Below, in pieces: positions 1 to 8,489 of a stretch of 32,000 nucleotides of DNA; the first letter of the stretch is position 1; the number at the start of each line of letters is the position of its first letter. The translations under genes and the position numbers were made by a program. The notes beneath the pieces are model-generated. The model ran no database searches. It had not been told where the DNA came from and worked only from the letters and a program-made list of their open reading frames with translations. The DNA lies in assembly GCA_043822705.1 (NCBI GenBank), contig JBDRBK010000110.1, positions 1 through 32,000 on the forward strand, in the 5' to 3' direction. Source of the DNA: Fidelibacterota bacterium (GTDB taxonomy: Bacteria > Fidelibacterota > Marinisomatia > Marinisomatales > TCS56).

Positions 1-134
1 CCATAGGACTGTGCCGTCGGGTCACCCAGCCGGAAGGCCATCCAGGCATGGGCGAACTCATGGAACGAAAGCGCAAAAATTATCACCGGCAACAGAATTA
101 CCTGGACGGCCGGATCGAGACTGATTATTCCCAT
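1..134 (-). CDS. Peptidase M50 (site-2 protease) family membrane metalloprotease, N-terminal fragment running off the window
   Basis: Not in the ORF track (too short). Hand translation of the minus strand from ATG at 134..132 gives MGIISLDPAVQVILLPVIIFALSFHEFAHAWMAFRLGDPTAQSY..., open to position 1. It has a hydrophobic helix, then an HEFAH (HExxH) zinc motif and RLGDPTA, which is typical of small M50/SpoIVFB-like proteases. Confidence 0.55.
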   Translation of the reverse strand, partial: MGIISLDPAVQVILLPVIIFALSFHEFAHAWMAFRLGDPTAQSY

Positions 135-166
135 GTTAACATATTTCTTATCACTATTTACCTTCC

Positions 167-1057
167 TCAACGCGGATGAAACGTGCGATGAACCTCCTTT
201 AAATAAGCCTTATCCAGATGCGTATAAATCTGCGTCGTGCTGATGTCGGTGTGTCCCAGCAATTCCTGCACCACCCGCAGGTCGGCGCCGCCTTCCAGCA
301 GATGGGTGGCGAATGAATGCCGAAGCGTGTGCGGACTGACCGATTTAGCGATACCGGCTTCCGCCGACCAGCGTTTCAGGATATTCCAGACCACCATGCG
401 CGTCAACTGCTGACCGTTACGACTCAGAAACAGGTAGCCGCTATGCCGGCTTTTCCGGGCCAGGCCGGGCCGCTGATGTTTCAAATATTCATCCAGAACC
501 CGGGCGGCCTGATCGCCCAGCGGAACAAACCGCTGCTTGGAGCCTTTTCCGGTTACCCGCAGCATGCCGTCGTCGGCCAGAATCGCGCTGAGCTTCATAT
601 CGCAGAGTTCCGATACGCGTAGCCCGGCCGAGTACAGCAGTTCCAGAATCGCATAATCGCGGATTGCCAGTGGCAACTGCGGATCGACGGCCCCCAGGAT
701 GGCCTCCACTTCAGCGACGGTCAGTACCTCCGGCAATTTCCGTGGCAGCCGCGGTGCTTCCAGCAACTGCGTCGGATTCTCGCTGACCAGTTTCTCGTCT
801 TTCAGGAACAGGTGATAGGATCGAATCGCCGAGAATATCCGGTTGACGCTGGCCGGTGCCAGGTTGGTGTCATTTAGATGGCGGATAAAACCGCGGATAT
901 GTTTTTGCTGAATCCGGTTCAAGTCGGTCAAGCCGGCCGAATTCTGTAAATAATCCAGATATTTTTTCAAATCCCGTTGATAAGCGGTAATGGAATTGGC
1001 CGCCAGGTTGCGTTCGACCCGCAACATGATCAGATAATCCTTGAGGTAGGTTTCCAT
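167..1057 (-). CDS. xerD: Site-specific tyrosine recombinase, XerC/XerD family
   Basis: 296 aa. The N-terminal SAM-like core-binding domain reads YLIMLRVERNLAANSITAYQRDLKKYLDYL. The catalytic signature is present: AGLRVSEL (Arg), HTLRHSFATHLLEGGADLRVVQELLGHTDISTTQIYTH (H-x-x-R, His, Tyr nucleophile). The choice between XerD and XerC is not certain. Confidence 0.85.
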   Translation of the reverse strand: METYLKDYLIMLRVERNLAANSITAYQRDLKKYLDYLQNSAGLTDLNRIQQKHIRGFIRHLNDTNLAPASVNRIFSAIRSYHLFLKDEKLVSENPTQLLEAPRLPRKLPEVLTVAEVEAILGAVDPQLPLAIRDYAILELLYSAGLRVSELCDMKLSAILADDGMLRVTGKGSKQRFVPLGDQAARVLDEYLKHQRPGLARKSRHSGYLFLSRNGQQLTRMVVWNILKRWSAEAGIAKSVSPHTLRHSFATHLLEGGADLRVVQELLGHTDISTTQIYTHLDKAYLKEVHRTFHPR

Positions 1058-1066
1058 GGTACCCGG

Positions 1067-1642
1067 TCAGCCCAGGACCGCTTGCTCGATCAGATCGCAG
1101 ATAATATGTCCCGTTAAGATGTGGCCTTCCTGGATGCGCTGGGTGTCGCCGGCGGGGATAATAATGGTAACGTCGGCTGTCCGCCCGAGCCGGCCGCCGG
1201 TCCCGCCGCAAAAGACCACGGTTTTGAGGCCCTGGTCGCGGGCGGTGCTGATCGCTGCGATCACGTTGGGGGAATTTCCGCTGGTGGTGATGCCCACCAG
1301 CACATCGCCGGGCGCACCCAGTGCTTCCACCTGGCGGGCGAAAATCAGGTCCGGATCGGCATCGTTCACCCAGGCCGTCAGAAAGGAAGTATCGGTGGTC
1401 AGGGCCAGCGAAGCCACCGGTTTCCGAATCTGCCGCAGTTTTCCCACCAGCTCGGCCGACAGGTGCTGAGCGTCGGCGGCGCTGCCGCCATTGCCGCACC
1501 AGAGGATTTTTTTCCCGGCTTTCACCGCGGCCAGTAACAGTTCGGCCGCCTGGGCAATATCACCAGCGCAGTTTTCCTGCATCGCCTCTTTGGTAGCGGC
1601 GCTGTCACGAATCTGTTGCCGGATATAATCGATCGTTGCCAT
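1067..1642 (-). CDS. gmhA: D-sedoheptulose-7-phosphate isomerase (SIS domain, GmhA/DiaA family)
   Basis: 191 aa. Contains the GmhA-like motifs CGNGGSAADAQHLSAEL and GITTSGNSPNV, plus the C-terminal IQEGHILxxH. Length matches GmhA. Starts 3 nt after the upstream gene stop. Confidence 0.8.
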   Translation of the reverse strand: MATIDYIRQQIRDSAATKEAMQENCAGDIAQAAELLLAAVKAGKKILWCGNGGSAADAQHLSAELVGKLRQIRKPVASLALTTDTSFLTAWVNDADPDLIFARQVEALGAPGDVLVGITTSGNSPNVIAAISTARDQGLKTVVFCGGTGGRLGRTADVTIIIPAGDTQRIQEGHILTGHIICDLIEQAVLG

Positions 1643-1645
1643 GCT

Positions 1646-2398
1646 TTAAATTTTGTAATGTACGGCCGTCGCCAGTTCGCGCATTAAACTTCCGTCGGTT
1701 TGCTCTTCGGTGACTGTCCCGGTCACCACGATCGCCGCTCCCGCCTCCACCCGCTGGCGGGCGGCTTCCGGCGTCCGGATACCGCCGCCGACAACCGCCG
1801 GTATTTCCAGTTCGCCGGCAACTAATCGTACCGTTTCCGTGGGAATCGGATTTTTCGCACCGCTGCCGGCCTCCAGATACACCAGCCGCATCCCCAGATA
1901 CTGCGCCGCCAGGGCATGGGCCAGGGCGATATCCGGCCGGTTCAGCGGAATCGGGATCGTATTGCTCATGAACTCCACCGCCGAAGACCCGCCGCCATTG
2001 AACAACAGGTAGCCGGTGGGAATGACTTCGATGCCCAGATCACGAACGATCGGAGCGGCCAGCACCTGCTCGCCGATCAGATAATGCGGATTCCGACCGG
2101 ATAGGATGCTCATGAACAGAATCGCATCGAAATGCGGCGACAACTGGCTCAATCCGCCGGGAAAGAAAATCACCGGTACCCGCGCCTGCTCCTTGATGCG
2201 CCGGACGCGTTCCTGGCAATGGCTGTCCATAATCAGGCTGCCGCCGACAAAAATGGCGTCCACTCCCGATTCGTTGATCTGGGCGACCCGTTCCTCGATT
2301 ATTCCGTCATTCTTGCGATCGGGATCGATCAAGACGACATAGGCCGCACCTTTTTCCGAGCGGACATCCTGCAAATATTTATAGATTGCCTGTTTCAT
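1646..2398 (-). CDS. Geranylgeranylglyceryl / heptaprenylglyceryl phosphate synthase family protein (GGGPS/PcrB, TIM barrel)
   Basis: 250 aa. Shows the family hallmarks LIDPD near the N-terminus, DAIFVGGS, YLEAGSGA and the VGGGIRT phosphate-binding loops. Resembles the longer archaeal/Bacteroidetes-type GGGPS more than Bacillus PcrB (judged from memory). Its start ATG overlaps the gcvPA stop as ATGA (2395..2398). Confidence 0.75.
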   Translation of the reverse strand: MKQAIYKYLQDVRSEKGAAYVVLIDPDRKNDGIIEERVAQINESGVDAIFVGGSLIMDSHCQERVRRIKEQARVPVIFFPGGLSQLSPHFDAILFMSILSGRNPHYLIGEQVLAAPIVRDLGIEVIPTGYLLFNGGGSSAVEFMSNTIPIPLNRPDIALAHALAAQYLGMRLVYLEAGSGAKNPIPTETVRLVAGELEIPAVVGGGIRTPEAARQRVEAGAAIVVTGTVTEEQTDGSLMRELATAVHYKI

Positions 2399-3756
2399 CG
2401 GCCGTTGTTCTTCAGTATCTCCGCCAGTTGGTCAATATCGTTTTTGGTGCGTTTTTCGGTGACGGCGATCCTGAGCAGGTCAGGCGCACCCGCAACGGTC
2501 GTGCCGGCCAGCACGCCCTGTTGGAGGGCGGCAGCGATGACTTCAGTGGCCGGCCGGGGACAGCGAACTACAAATTCCTTGAAAAAGTTTTTGCCATAGG
2601 CCAGCTCGAAACCAGGCAGGGCGGCGATCCGATCGGCGCAATAATGACTTTTCTGGAAACACAGCCGGGCCAGTTGCCGAAAACCCTGCTTGCCCACCAG
2701 ACTCAAATAAATCGCCGTCGAAAGCGCCATCAGTCCCTGGTTGGTGCAAATATTACTGGTGGCCTTTTCGCGGCGGATATGCTGCTCGCGGGTCTGTAGC
2801 GCCAGAACAAATCCCGGCCGACCATCGATATCGCTGGTGGCGCCGATTATCCGGCCCGGCATTTTGCGGACATGCTGCTGCCGGATGGCGAAAAGTCCCA
2901 GGTAAGGGCCGCCAAACGATTGCGAATTGCCCAGTCCCTGCCCTTCCCCAACGTAAATATCGGCGCCGCATTCGCCGGGAGTGGCGAACATTCCCAGCGC
3001 CAGCGGATCACCGACCGCCACGAACAGGGCCGGTTGGTCACGACAGATGTCGCCGATTGTGGCCCAATCCTCGATCAACCCGAACCGGTTGGGTGACTGT
3101 ACGACAACGGCGGCCACATCGGAAAAATCCGCCGCCTGCAGAAATTCCAGATCCACCAGACCTGCCTGCTCCGGCAGTATTTCGATCGCCAGGTCGTTTT
3201 GTTGCAGATAAGTTTCGACTACCTGCCGGTAATTATGAAACAGGCCGGCGCTGACTAACAATCGTCTTTTCCGGGAAACACTGCCGGCCACCAGACAGGC
3301 CTCGGCGACGGCGGAAGCACCATCGTATAGCGAGGCATTGGCGACATCCATGTCGGAAATTTCGCAGATCATGGACTGGTATTCGTACATGGCCTGCAAG
3401 GTCCCCTGACTCACCTCAGCCTGATAGGGCGTGTAGGCTGTATAAAATTCCGAACGCATTACTAACGCAGGAATTATGCTGGGTACGAAATGATCGTAAC
3501 TGCCACCCCCCAGAAACGACGGCAGGGCGGCTGCGAGAACATTCCGGGCGGCCATTTCCTGCAATACCGGCAGGACCTCCAGTTCGGAGAGCGGTTCGCC
3601 CACCGGCATACCAAATTCTTTTCGCAGCTCCGCCGGAATCGCCGTCAGCAGATCGGCAAAGGAAGCAATACCGATCGCCGCGAGCATTTCCCGCTCATGC
3701 TCGCTGGTGTTGGGAATATAGCGTGATTGCTCAGTCAAGGAGTTTTTTATAGTCAT
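2395..3756 (-). CDS. gcvPA: Glycine dehydrogenase (decarboxylating) subunit 1, glycine cleavage P-protein alpha
   Basis: The ORF-track ORF extends to 3903, but that extension overlaps gcvH. Homology begins at ...SRYIPNTSEHEREMLAAIGIASFADLL, the typical GcvPA N-terminus. The most plausible starts are ATG at 3756 or TTG at 3738, and both overlap the gcvH 3' end. This gives about 447-453 aa, the normal size. Confidence 0.85.
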   Translation of the reverse strand: MTIKNSLTEQSRYIPNTSEHEREMLAAIGIASFADLLTAIPAELRKEFGMPVGEPLSELEVLPVLQEMAARNVLAAALPSFLGGGSYDHFVPSIIPALVMRSEFYTAYTPYQAEVSQGTLQAMYEYQSMICEISDMDVANASLYDGASAVAEACLVAGSVSRKRRLLVSAGLFHNYRQVVETYLQQNDLAIEILPEQAGLVDLEFLQAADFSDVAAVVVQSPNRFGLIEDWATIGDICRDQPALFVAVGDPLALGMFATPGECGADIYVGEGQGLGNSQSFGGPYLGLFAIRQQHVRKMPGRIIGATSDIDGRPGFVLALQTREQHIRREKATSNICTNQGLMALSTAIYLSLVGKQGFRQLARLCFQKSHYCADRIAALPGFELAYGKNFFKEFVVRCPRPATEVIAAALQQGVLAGTTVAGAPDLLRIAVTEKRTKNDIDQLAEILKNNGR

Positions 3757-4108
3757 CGGCACTGAGCAATTCATCAATTTCGGAAATATCGGATGCTTCG
3801 ATCTTGATAATCCAGCCTGCTCCGTATGGATCGCTGTTGATTTTGGCCGGCTCATCATCCAAATCCTGATTGACATCGATGATTTTCCCGGATACCGGTG
3901 CATATAAATCAGCTACCGTTTTGACCGCCTCGATCGTTCCGAAGGGGTCCCCCTGAGAAAATTCCTGTCCTACCGCAGGTAATTCGACAAAGATAATATC
4001 GCCCAGTTCACCCTGGGCGAAATCTGTGATGCCGACGGTAATTTCACCACCTGAATTCGATGCCCATTCATGATCGTTGGTGTAAAACAAATGCTTGGGA
4101 ACACTCAT
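3731..4108 (-). CDS. gcvH: Glycine cleavage system H protein (lipoyl carrier)
   Basis: 125 aa. Reads YTNDHEWA...GITDFAQGELGDIIFVELP and carries the lipoyl-lysine motif IEAVKTVADLYAPVSG. A GGAGG SD lies about 7 nt upstream of the ATG. Confidence 0.92.
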   Translation of the reverse strand: MSVPKHLFYTNDHEWASNSGGEITVGITDFAQGELGDIIFVELPAVGQEFSQGDPFGTIEAVKTVADLYAPVSGKIIDVNQDLDDEPAKINSDPYGAGWIIKIEASDISEIDELLSADDYKKLLD

Positions 4109-4152
4109 GAATCAACCTCCATCTCGATATGCTATTTTTTTTGAAAATTAGG

Positions 4153-5502
4153 TTAGTCTGGATTGTACTCAAAACTCTCAAGAAAACTGGTATCATATTC
4201 ACCGGCGCGGAATTTTTCATCATGCATGATGGCCTGATGGAATGGAATCGTGGTCTTCGGACCTTCGATGATGCATTCCTCCAGCGCCCGCTGCATCCGG
4301 TTGATCGCTCCCTGGCGACTGTTGGCACGGACGATCAGCTTGGCGATCAGTGAATCGTATTGCGTCGGTATCTGATAGCCGGCATAGACATGCGTATCGA
4401 TCCGCACGCCCTTGCCACCGGGCATGTGAAAACTATCGACCCAGGCTGGTGACGGAACAAAATTATGCGCCGGATCTTCGGCGTTGATCCGACATTCGAT
4501 CGCATGCCCGCGCAATTTAACATGTTTGAAATAATCGGGAAAGCGTTCACCGGCATGCATCCGGATCTGCTGTTTCAGCAGGTCACAACCAATGACCATC
4601 TCCGTGACCGGATGCTCAACCTGAATTCGGGTGTTCATCTCCATGAAATAAAATTTCTTATCCTTATCCAGCAGAAATTCGACCGTACCGACACCGATAT
4701 AACCCACTGCTTTGGCACCCCGGATCGCCGCATCACCCATTTTCTGGCGCAGCTTGTCGTCGACAGCGGATGAGGGCGATTCCTCGATCAATTTCTGATG
4801 ACGGCGCTGTATCGAACATTCACGCTCACCCAGATGAACCACGTTACCAAACGCATCGGCAACGATCTGAATCTCGATATGCCGCGGTTTTTCGACATAT
4901 TTTTCAACGTAGATATCACCGTTTCCAAAAGCGGTCAATGATTCGGCCGTAGCGGTTTTGAAGGCTAATTCAATTCCCTCCGCCGAACGTACCACCCGCA
5001 TACCGCGACCACCACCACCGGCGGAGGCCTTGAGGATCACCGGGTAACCGATTACATCCGCCTGCTCCCTGGCTTCCCTGGCGTTTTTCACCACGCCCGC
5101 ACTCCCCGGAATCACCGGAACGCCCGCCGCCTTCATGGTCAGTTTGGCCTGGGATTTATTCCCCATGGCATTGATGATCTCGGCACTGGGGCCGATAAAG
5201 GCAAAGTCGTTTTCGGCACAAATATTGGAGAAGTTGGCGTTCTCCGCCAGAAATCCGTACCCGGGATGAATGGCATCGGCATCGGTGATTTCGCCGGCGG
5301 CGATAATGTGTGGAATATTCAGATAGCTCTCGCTGCTGGCAGGCGGACCAATACAGACCGCTTCGTCGGCAAACCGCACATGTAGCGACAGCTCATCGGC
5401 GGTGGAATAAACCGCGACGGTTTTAATTCCCAATTCGTGGCAGGCGCGGATTATCCGCAGGGCGATCTCGCCGCGATTGGCGATGAGAATTTTCTTAAAC
5501 AA
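4153..5502 (-). CDS. accC: Acetyl-CoA carboxylase, biotin carboxylase subunit
   Basis: 449 aa. Starts [20 protein letters not shown] and has the ATP-grasp glycine loop [13 protein letters not shown] and [14 protein letters not shown]. Canonical size and position after accB. Confidence 0.95.
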   Translation of the reverse strand: MFKKILIANRGEIALRIIRACHELGIKTVAVYSTADELSLHVRFADEAVCIGPPASSESYLNIPHIIAAGEITDADAIHPGYGFLAENANFSNICAENDFAFIGPSAEIINAMGNKSQAKLTMKAAGVPVIPGSAGVVKNAREAREQADVIGYPVILKASAGGGGRGMRVVRSAEGIELAFKTATAESLTAFGNGDIYVEKYVEKPRHIEIQIVADAFGNVVHLGERECSIQRRHQKLIEESPSSAVDDKLRQKMGDAAIRGAKAVGYIGVGTVEFLLDKDKKFYFMEMNTRIQVEHPVTEMVIGCDLLKQQIRMHAGERFPDYFKHVKLRGHAIECRINAEDPAHNFVPSPAWVDSFHMPGGKGVRIDTHVYAGYQIPTQYDSLIAKLIVRANSRQGAINRMQRALEECIIEGPKTTIPFHQAIMHDEKFRAGEYDTSFLESFEYNPD

Positions 5503-5541
5503 CCGACACCCCGCCCACTTGCGTTTGATCCGGGAAAAAAA

Positions 5542-5988
5542 TCATTCGATCAAGAATAATGGCTGGTTGAATTCCACCGGCTTGCCATTTTCCACGAGTA
5601 CTTTCTTGACCGTACCGCCGATGCTGGTTTCGATTTCATTCATGATCTTCATCGCTTCGACGATGCATAGCGAATCGCCCTTTTCCACCCGGTCGCCGAT
5701 TTGGACGTATGGTTCAGATTCGGGATTCGGGGCGCAGTAAAATGTGCCGGGCATCGGCGACTTGACTTCAACACCATTTTCAATGACACTATCCACCGCG
5801 GATGCTGAATCAGCATCCGGGCTGTTTACCGGAGCTGTATTCACTGTCGTGGCTGGCGTCGTTGTGCTGTGAAATGACCCGGGATTTTTCACGACCCGGT
5901 ATTTGCGTCCCCAGAACGTAGCTTCGATCTCGTTTACATCGCTTTGCTCGAGGATATAGATCATTTCTTTCAGTTTATTCTTCCACAT
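5542..5988 (-). CDS. accB: Acetyl-CoA carboxylase biotin carboxyl carrier protein
   Basis: 148 aa. Has an Ala/Pro/Thr-rich linker and a C-terminal biotinyl domain with CIVEAMKIMNEIE (the EAMK biotinylation motif). Confidence 0.9.
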   Translation of the reverse strand: MWKNKLKEMIYILEQSDVNEIEATFWGRKYRVVKNPGSFHSTTTPATTVNTAPVNSPDADSASAVDSVIENGVEVKSPMPGTFYCAPNPESEPYVQIGDRVEKGDSLCIVEAMKIMNEIETSIGGTVKKVLVENGKPVEFNQPLFLIE

Positions 5989-6017
5989 CGGCTTGCCCTT
6001 CTACCTTTCCGGGATGA

Positions 6018-6584
6018 TTATCCAATCTGGACCCGCTCGATATATTCACCGGTCCTGGTATCAATTTTCAGGATATCGCCGGTATTGATGAACAACGGTA
6101 CCGTGACGGTATAGCCCGTCTCAACGGTGGCGGGCTTGGTGGCGCCGGTGGCGGTGTTACCTTTCATTCCCGGTTCGGTATGGGTTACGGTCAGCTCGAT
6201 ATGAGCCGGCAGCCGCACATCCAAAGCTTCCGTACCATCAAAAATAAGATCGACATTCAGTCCGGGCTTTAAAAAATTCTTGCCTTCGGCAACGACTGCT
6301 TCCGGAACCTGAACCTGATCATAGCTGTCGTTGTCCATAAATAAGTAAGATTCACCATCCTCATACAAGTATTGCATCTGTCGGGCCTCGATCCGGATGG
6401 TCTCGATCCGGGCACCGGAATTGAAAGTGTGATCGATTACCTTGCCGGTCTGGATATCTTTTAATTTGGTGCGCACAAAAGCGCCGCCCTTGCCGGGCTT
6501 GACGTGTAAAAACTCCACAACTTTCATCCTTTTACCGCGATGCAACAGTACTACACCATTTTTTATTTCAGCCGTCGTCGCCAT
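6018..6584 (-). CDS. efp: Translation elongation factor P
   Basis: The ORF-track ORF (to 6761) carries a 59-aa unrelated extension that overlaps the upstream gene. The true start is ATG at 6584 (MATTAEIKNGVVLLHRGKRMKVVEFLHVKPGKGGAFVRTKLKD...), preceded by AAGGAG about 10 nt upstream. The KPGKGGAF loop contains the conserved modified Lys. 188 aa. Confidence 0.93.
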   Translation of the reverse strand: MATTAEIKNGVVLLHRGKRMKVVEFLHVKPGKGGAFVRTKLKDIQTGKVIDHTFNSGARIETIRIEARQMQYLYEDGESYLFMDNDSYDQVQVPEAVVAEGKNFLKPGLNVDLIFDGTEALDVRLPAHIELTVTHTEPGMKGNTATGATKPATVETGYTVTVPLFINTGDILKIDTRTGEYIERVQIG

Positions 6585-6618
6585 TAAAAATATTCTCCTT
6601 TTGAACGTAAAATTTACG

Positions 6619-7608
6619 TCAGGCGGTCGGACTTTCAAATTTTGATTCACCGCTATCAGCGACCGAATTTTGTTTCCAGATGGAGACGGTGGCGGCAATA
6701 AAATTTCCGGCCTGATCGAGATCGGTCCGGCAAATCTCCGGTGTCGGAATCTGCCGTGCAAATTTTATCAGGTCAGATCGTTTCAGCATCTCCAGCCATT
6801 CGTCCACCAATCCGGTCGGAAACGGCAGCAACCGGCGATTTTCTTCGATCTCAGTTGTGGTCATCTCAAGCGTTTTAATGTACACGCTGTTTTCAACATA
6901 CTCACGCAGAAGATAAGATAAATCGAAATAATAATCCTTGACCCGCCCCTTTTCCCAGGGCCGGTCAGTACCAAGACGTTTCAATTTGGCCAACGCGATC
7001 ACATCCGCCGGTTCCGTCGGCACTGTTGCCACCCCTGGCCGTACGGGAGCAACAAAACGACGGCGCCAGAGCAGCACCAATGTTGCCATCAAAGTAAATA
7101 GAAGTGAAATATATAACATTGTTTTCCAGGGCCAGGGAAAACGAACCGGTACCGGCCCTTTGATTGGACGCAAGCCGCTTTGGGTCGTCGCTCCGATCAG
7201 GGATTGCACGCGGATCGGAACCGGATCGGTGGTCAGGATGAAACTGTCACCAGTTTCCGGTACCGTGATCCGGACGGGAAAGGCCGGGATTTCCAGACGT
7301 CCCGTGTCCCAGACGGCGATACCGATAGCCAACCCATAGTCGTCGCGGTACTCACCGGTTAATTCCCGGCGATCCCTGATTTCCAGACGACTGGAATCCA
7401 CTTCCCAGTTCAGGAATTCAACCACGCGCTTTCCGGCCCCGTGCACCCAGATTCGATAGTCGATCACATCACCGATAGTGGCGATGGTCGTATCCACTTG
7501 TGCCTCGATATAAAAGGATTCGGGTGAGTAATTCGAGCCACAACCGGAATACAGCACCAGCGATAGAGTGAGCAAAAATAGCGGTGACCGGGGCCGGCTG
7601 TTTTTCAT
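6619..7608 (-). CDS. Membrane-anchored lipoprotein, BatD-N-like beta-rich domain fused to a DUF4381-like TM/helical domain (Bat/aerotolerance-operon type)
   Basis: 329 aa. Has a signal peptide with the lipobox-like LVLYSGC, and a mid-protein TM segment MLYISLLFTLMATLVLLW followed by RRRF. The C-terminal helical part (ALAKLKRL...YYFDLSYLLREYVEN...TTTEIEE...LIKFAR) matches my memory of DUF4381. Lies directly downstream of MoxR-DUF58, with a 1-nt stop/start overlap. Family assignment is from memory, not a search. Confidence 0.45.
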   Translation of the reverse strand: MKNSRPRSPLFLLTLSLVLYSGCGSNYSPESFYIEAQVDTTIATIGDVIDYRIWVHGAGKRVVEFLNWEVDSSRLEIRDRRELTGEYRDDYGLAIGIAVWDTGRLEIPAFPVRITVPETGDSFILTTDPVPIRVQSLIGATTQSGLRPIKGPVPVRFPWPWKTMLYISLLFTLMATLVLLWRRRFVAPVRPGVATVPTEPADVIALAKLKRLGTDRPWEKGRVKDYYFDLSYLLREYVENSVYIKTLEMTTTEIEENRRLLPFPTGLVDEWLEMLKRSDLIKFARQIPTPEICRTDLDQAGNFIAATVSIWKQNSVADSGESKFESPTA

Positions 7609-8483
7609 CAGTAACGTTTTTCGCGCTTTCTGAAATAGGCCATAATCGGTTCGACGAAATCGTCACGGGTGGAGATCTGAATCAGGTCGAATTTCATCTG
7701 GTCGCAGGTTTTTTTAAAATCTTCAAATTCCTGCTGGCGCGCAGTCTTAAAGGCCAGTCGCTCTTTGTATGAACCGGTATCGATCCAGAACTGCTGGTCG
7801 TTTTCCGGATCGTGCACTTTTACCAGCCCGATGTCGGGCAGTTCCGTTTCCAGCGGATCGAACAACTGGATGCCGATAAAGTCGTGTTTTCGATTGGCGA
7901 TCCGCAGTGATTTCAAATAATCCTGATCGATAAAATCGGAAATCAGGAAAACAACGCTGCGTCTTTTGGCGACCTGCAGTAAAAAATCCACCGCATTGGC
8001 GATTGACGTGCCCTTGCCTTCCGGCTTGTGGTATAACAGTTCACGGACCACCCGCAGCACATGCGACCGTCCTTTTTTTGGTACAATATATTTTTCGACT
8101 TCTTCGCTGAACAGGATCAGACCGACTTTATCATTATTTTTAATCGCGGAAAATCCCAGGACCGCCCCGATCTCGGCGCCGATTTCAGTCTTGAATTTGT
8201 CGCAACTGCCAAAGTGGCCGGAGCGGCTCACATCGACGAGCAGGAAAACCGTCAGTTCACGTTCTTCTTCAAAAACTTTGATAAACGGATTGCCGGTACG
8301 GGCGGTGACATTCCAGTCAATCAGGCGGATATCATCCCCGGGTTGGTATTCCCGCACTTCGGAAAACATCATACCGCGCCCTTTAAATACGGAATGATAT
8401 TCACCGCCAAACAGCTCGTTGACCAGTCCCCGGGTGCGAATCTCAATCCGCCGGACTTTGCGCAGAACTTCCTTTGGGATCAT
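7608..8483 (-). CDS. DUF58 domain protein (vWA-like, MoxR partner)
   Basis: 291 aa. The N-terminus LRKVRRIEIRTRGLVNELFGGEYHSVFKGRGMMFSEVREYQPGDDIRLIDWNVTARTG is the canonical DUF58 signature. A VFLLVDVSRSG MIDAS-like segment is present. Sits 6 nt downstream of MoxR. Confidence 0.85.
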   Translation of the reverse strand: MIPKEVLRKVRRIEIRTRGLVNELFGGEYHSVFKGRGMMFSEVREYQPGDDIRLIDWNVTARTGNPFIKVFEEERELTVFLLVDVSRSGHFGSCDKFKTEIGAEIGAVLGFSAIKNNDKVGLILFSEEVEKYIVPKKGRSHVLRVVRELLYHKPEGKGTSIANAVDFLLQVAKRRSVVFLISDFIDQDYLKSLRIANRKHDFIGIQLFDPLETELPDIGLVKVHDPENDQQFWIDTGSYKERLAFKTARQQEFEDFKKTCDQMKFDLIQISTRDDFVEPIMAYFRKREKRY

Positions 8484-8489
8484 AATAAA

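Noticed and set aside
870-1596. Arg/Pro/Gly-rich ORFs (209 aa minus strand; 91-138 aa plus strand) overlapping gmhA and xerD.
   Set aside because: They are off-frame or antisense products of GC-rich coding sequence with extreme composition. The overlapping gmhA and xerD frames have clear catalytic motifs.
3757-3903. An N-terminal extension of gcvPA in the ORF track (MHRYPGKSSMSIRIW...).
   Set aside because: It lies entirely inside gcvH in another frame. GcvPA homology starts at ..SRYIPNT, so the start was moved to ATG 3756 (or TTG 3738).
6585-6761. A 59-aa N-terminal extension of efp in the ORF track (MHGRFRHRRF...).
   Set aside because: The extension overlaps the 3' end of the upstream lipoprotein gene and has no EF-P homology. 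A strong AAGGAG SD precedes the internal ATG at 6584, which yields a normal 188-aa EF-P.
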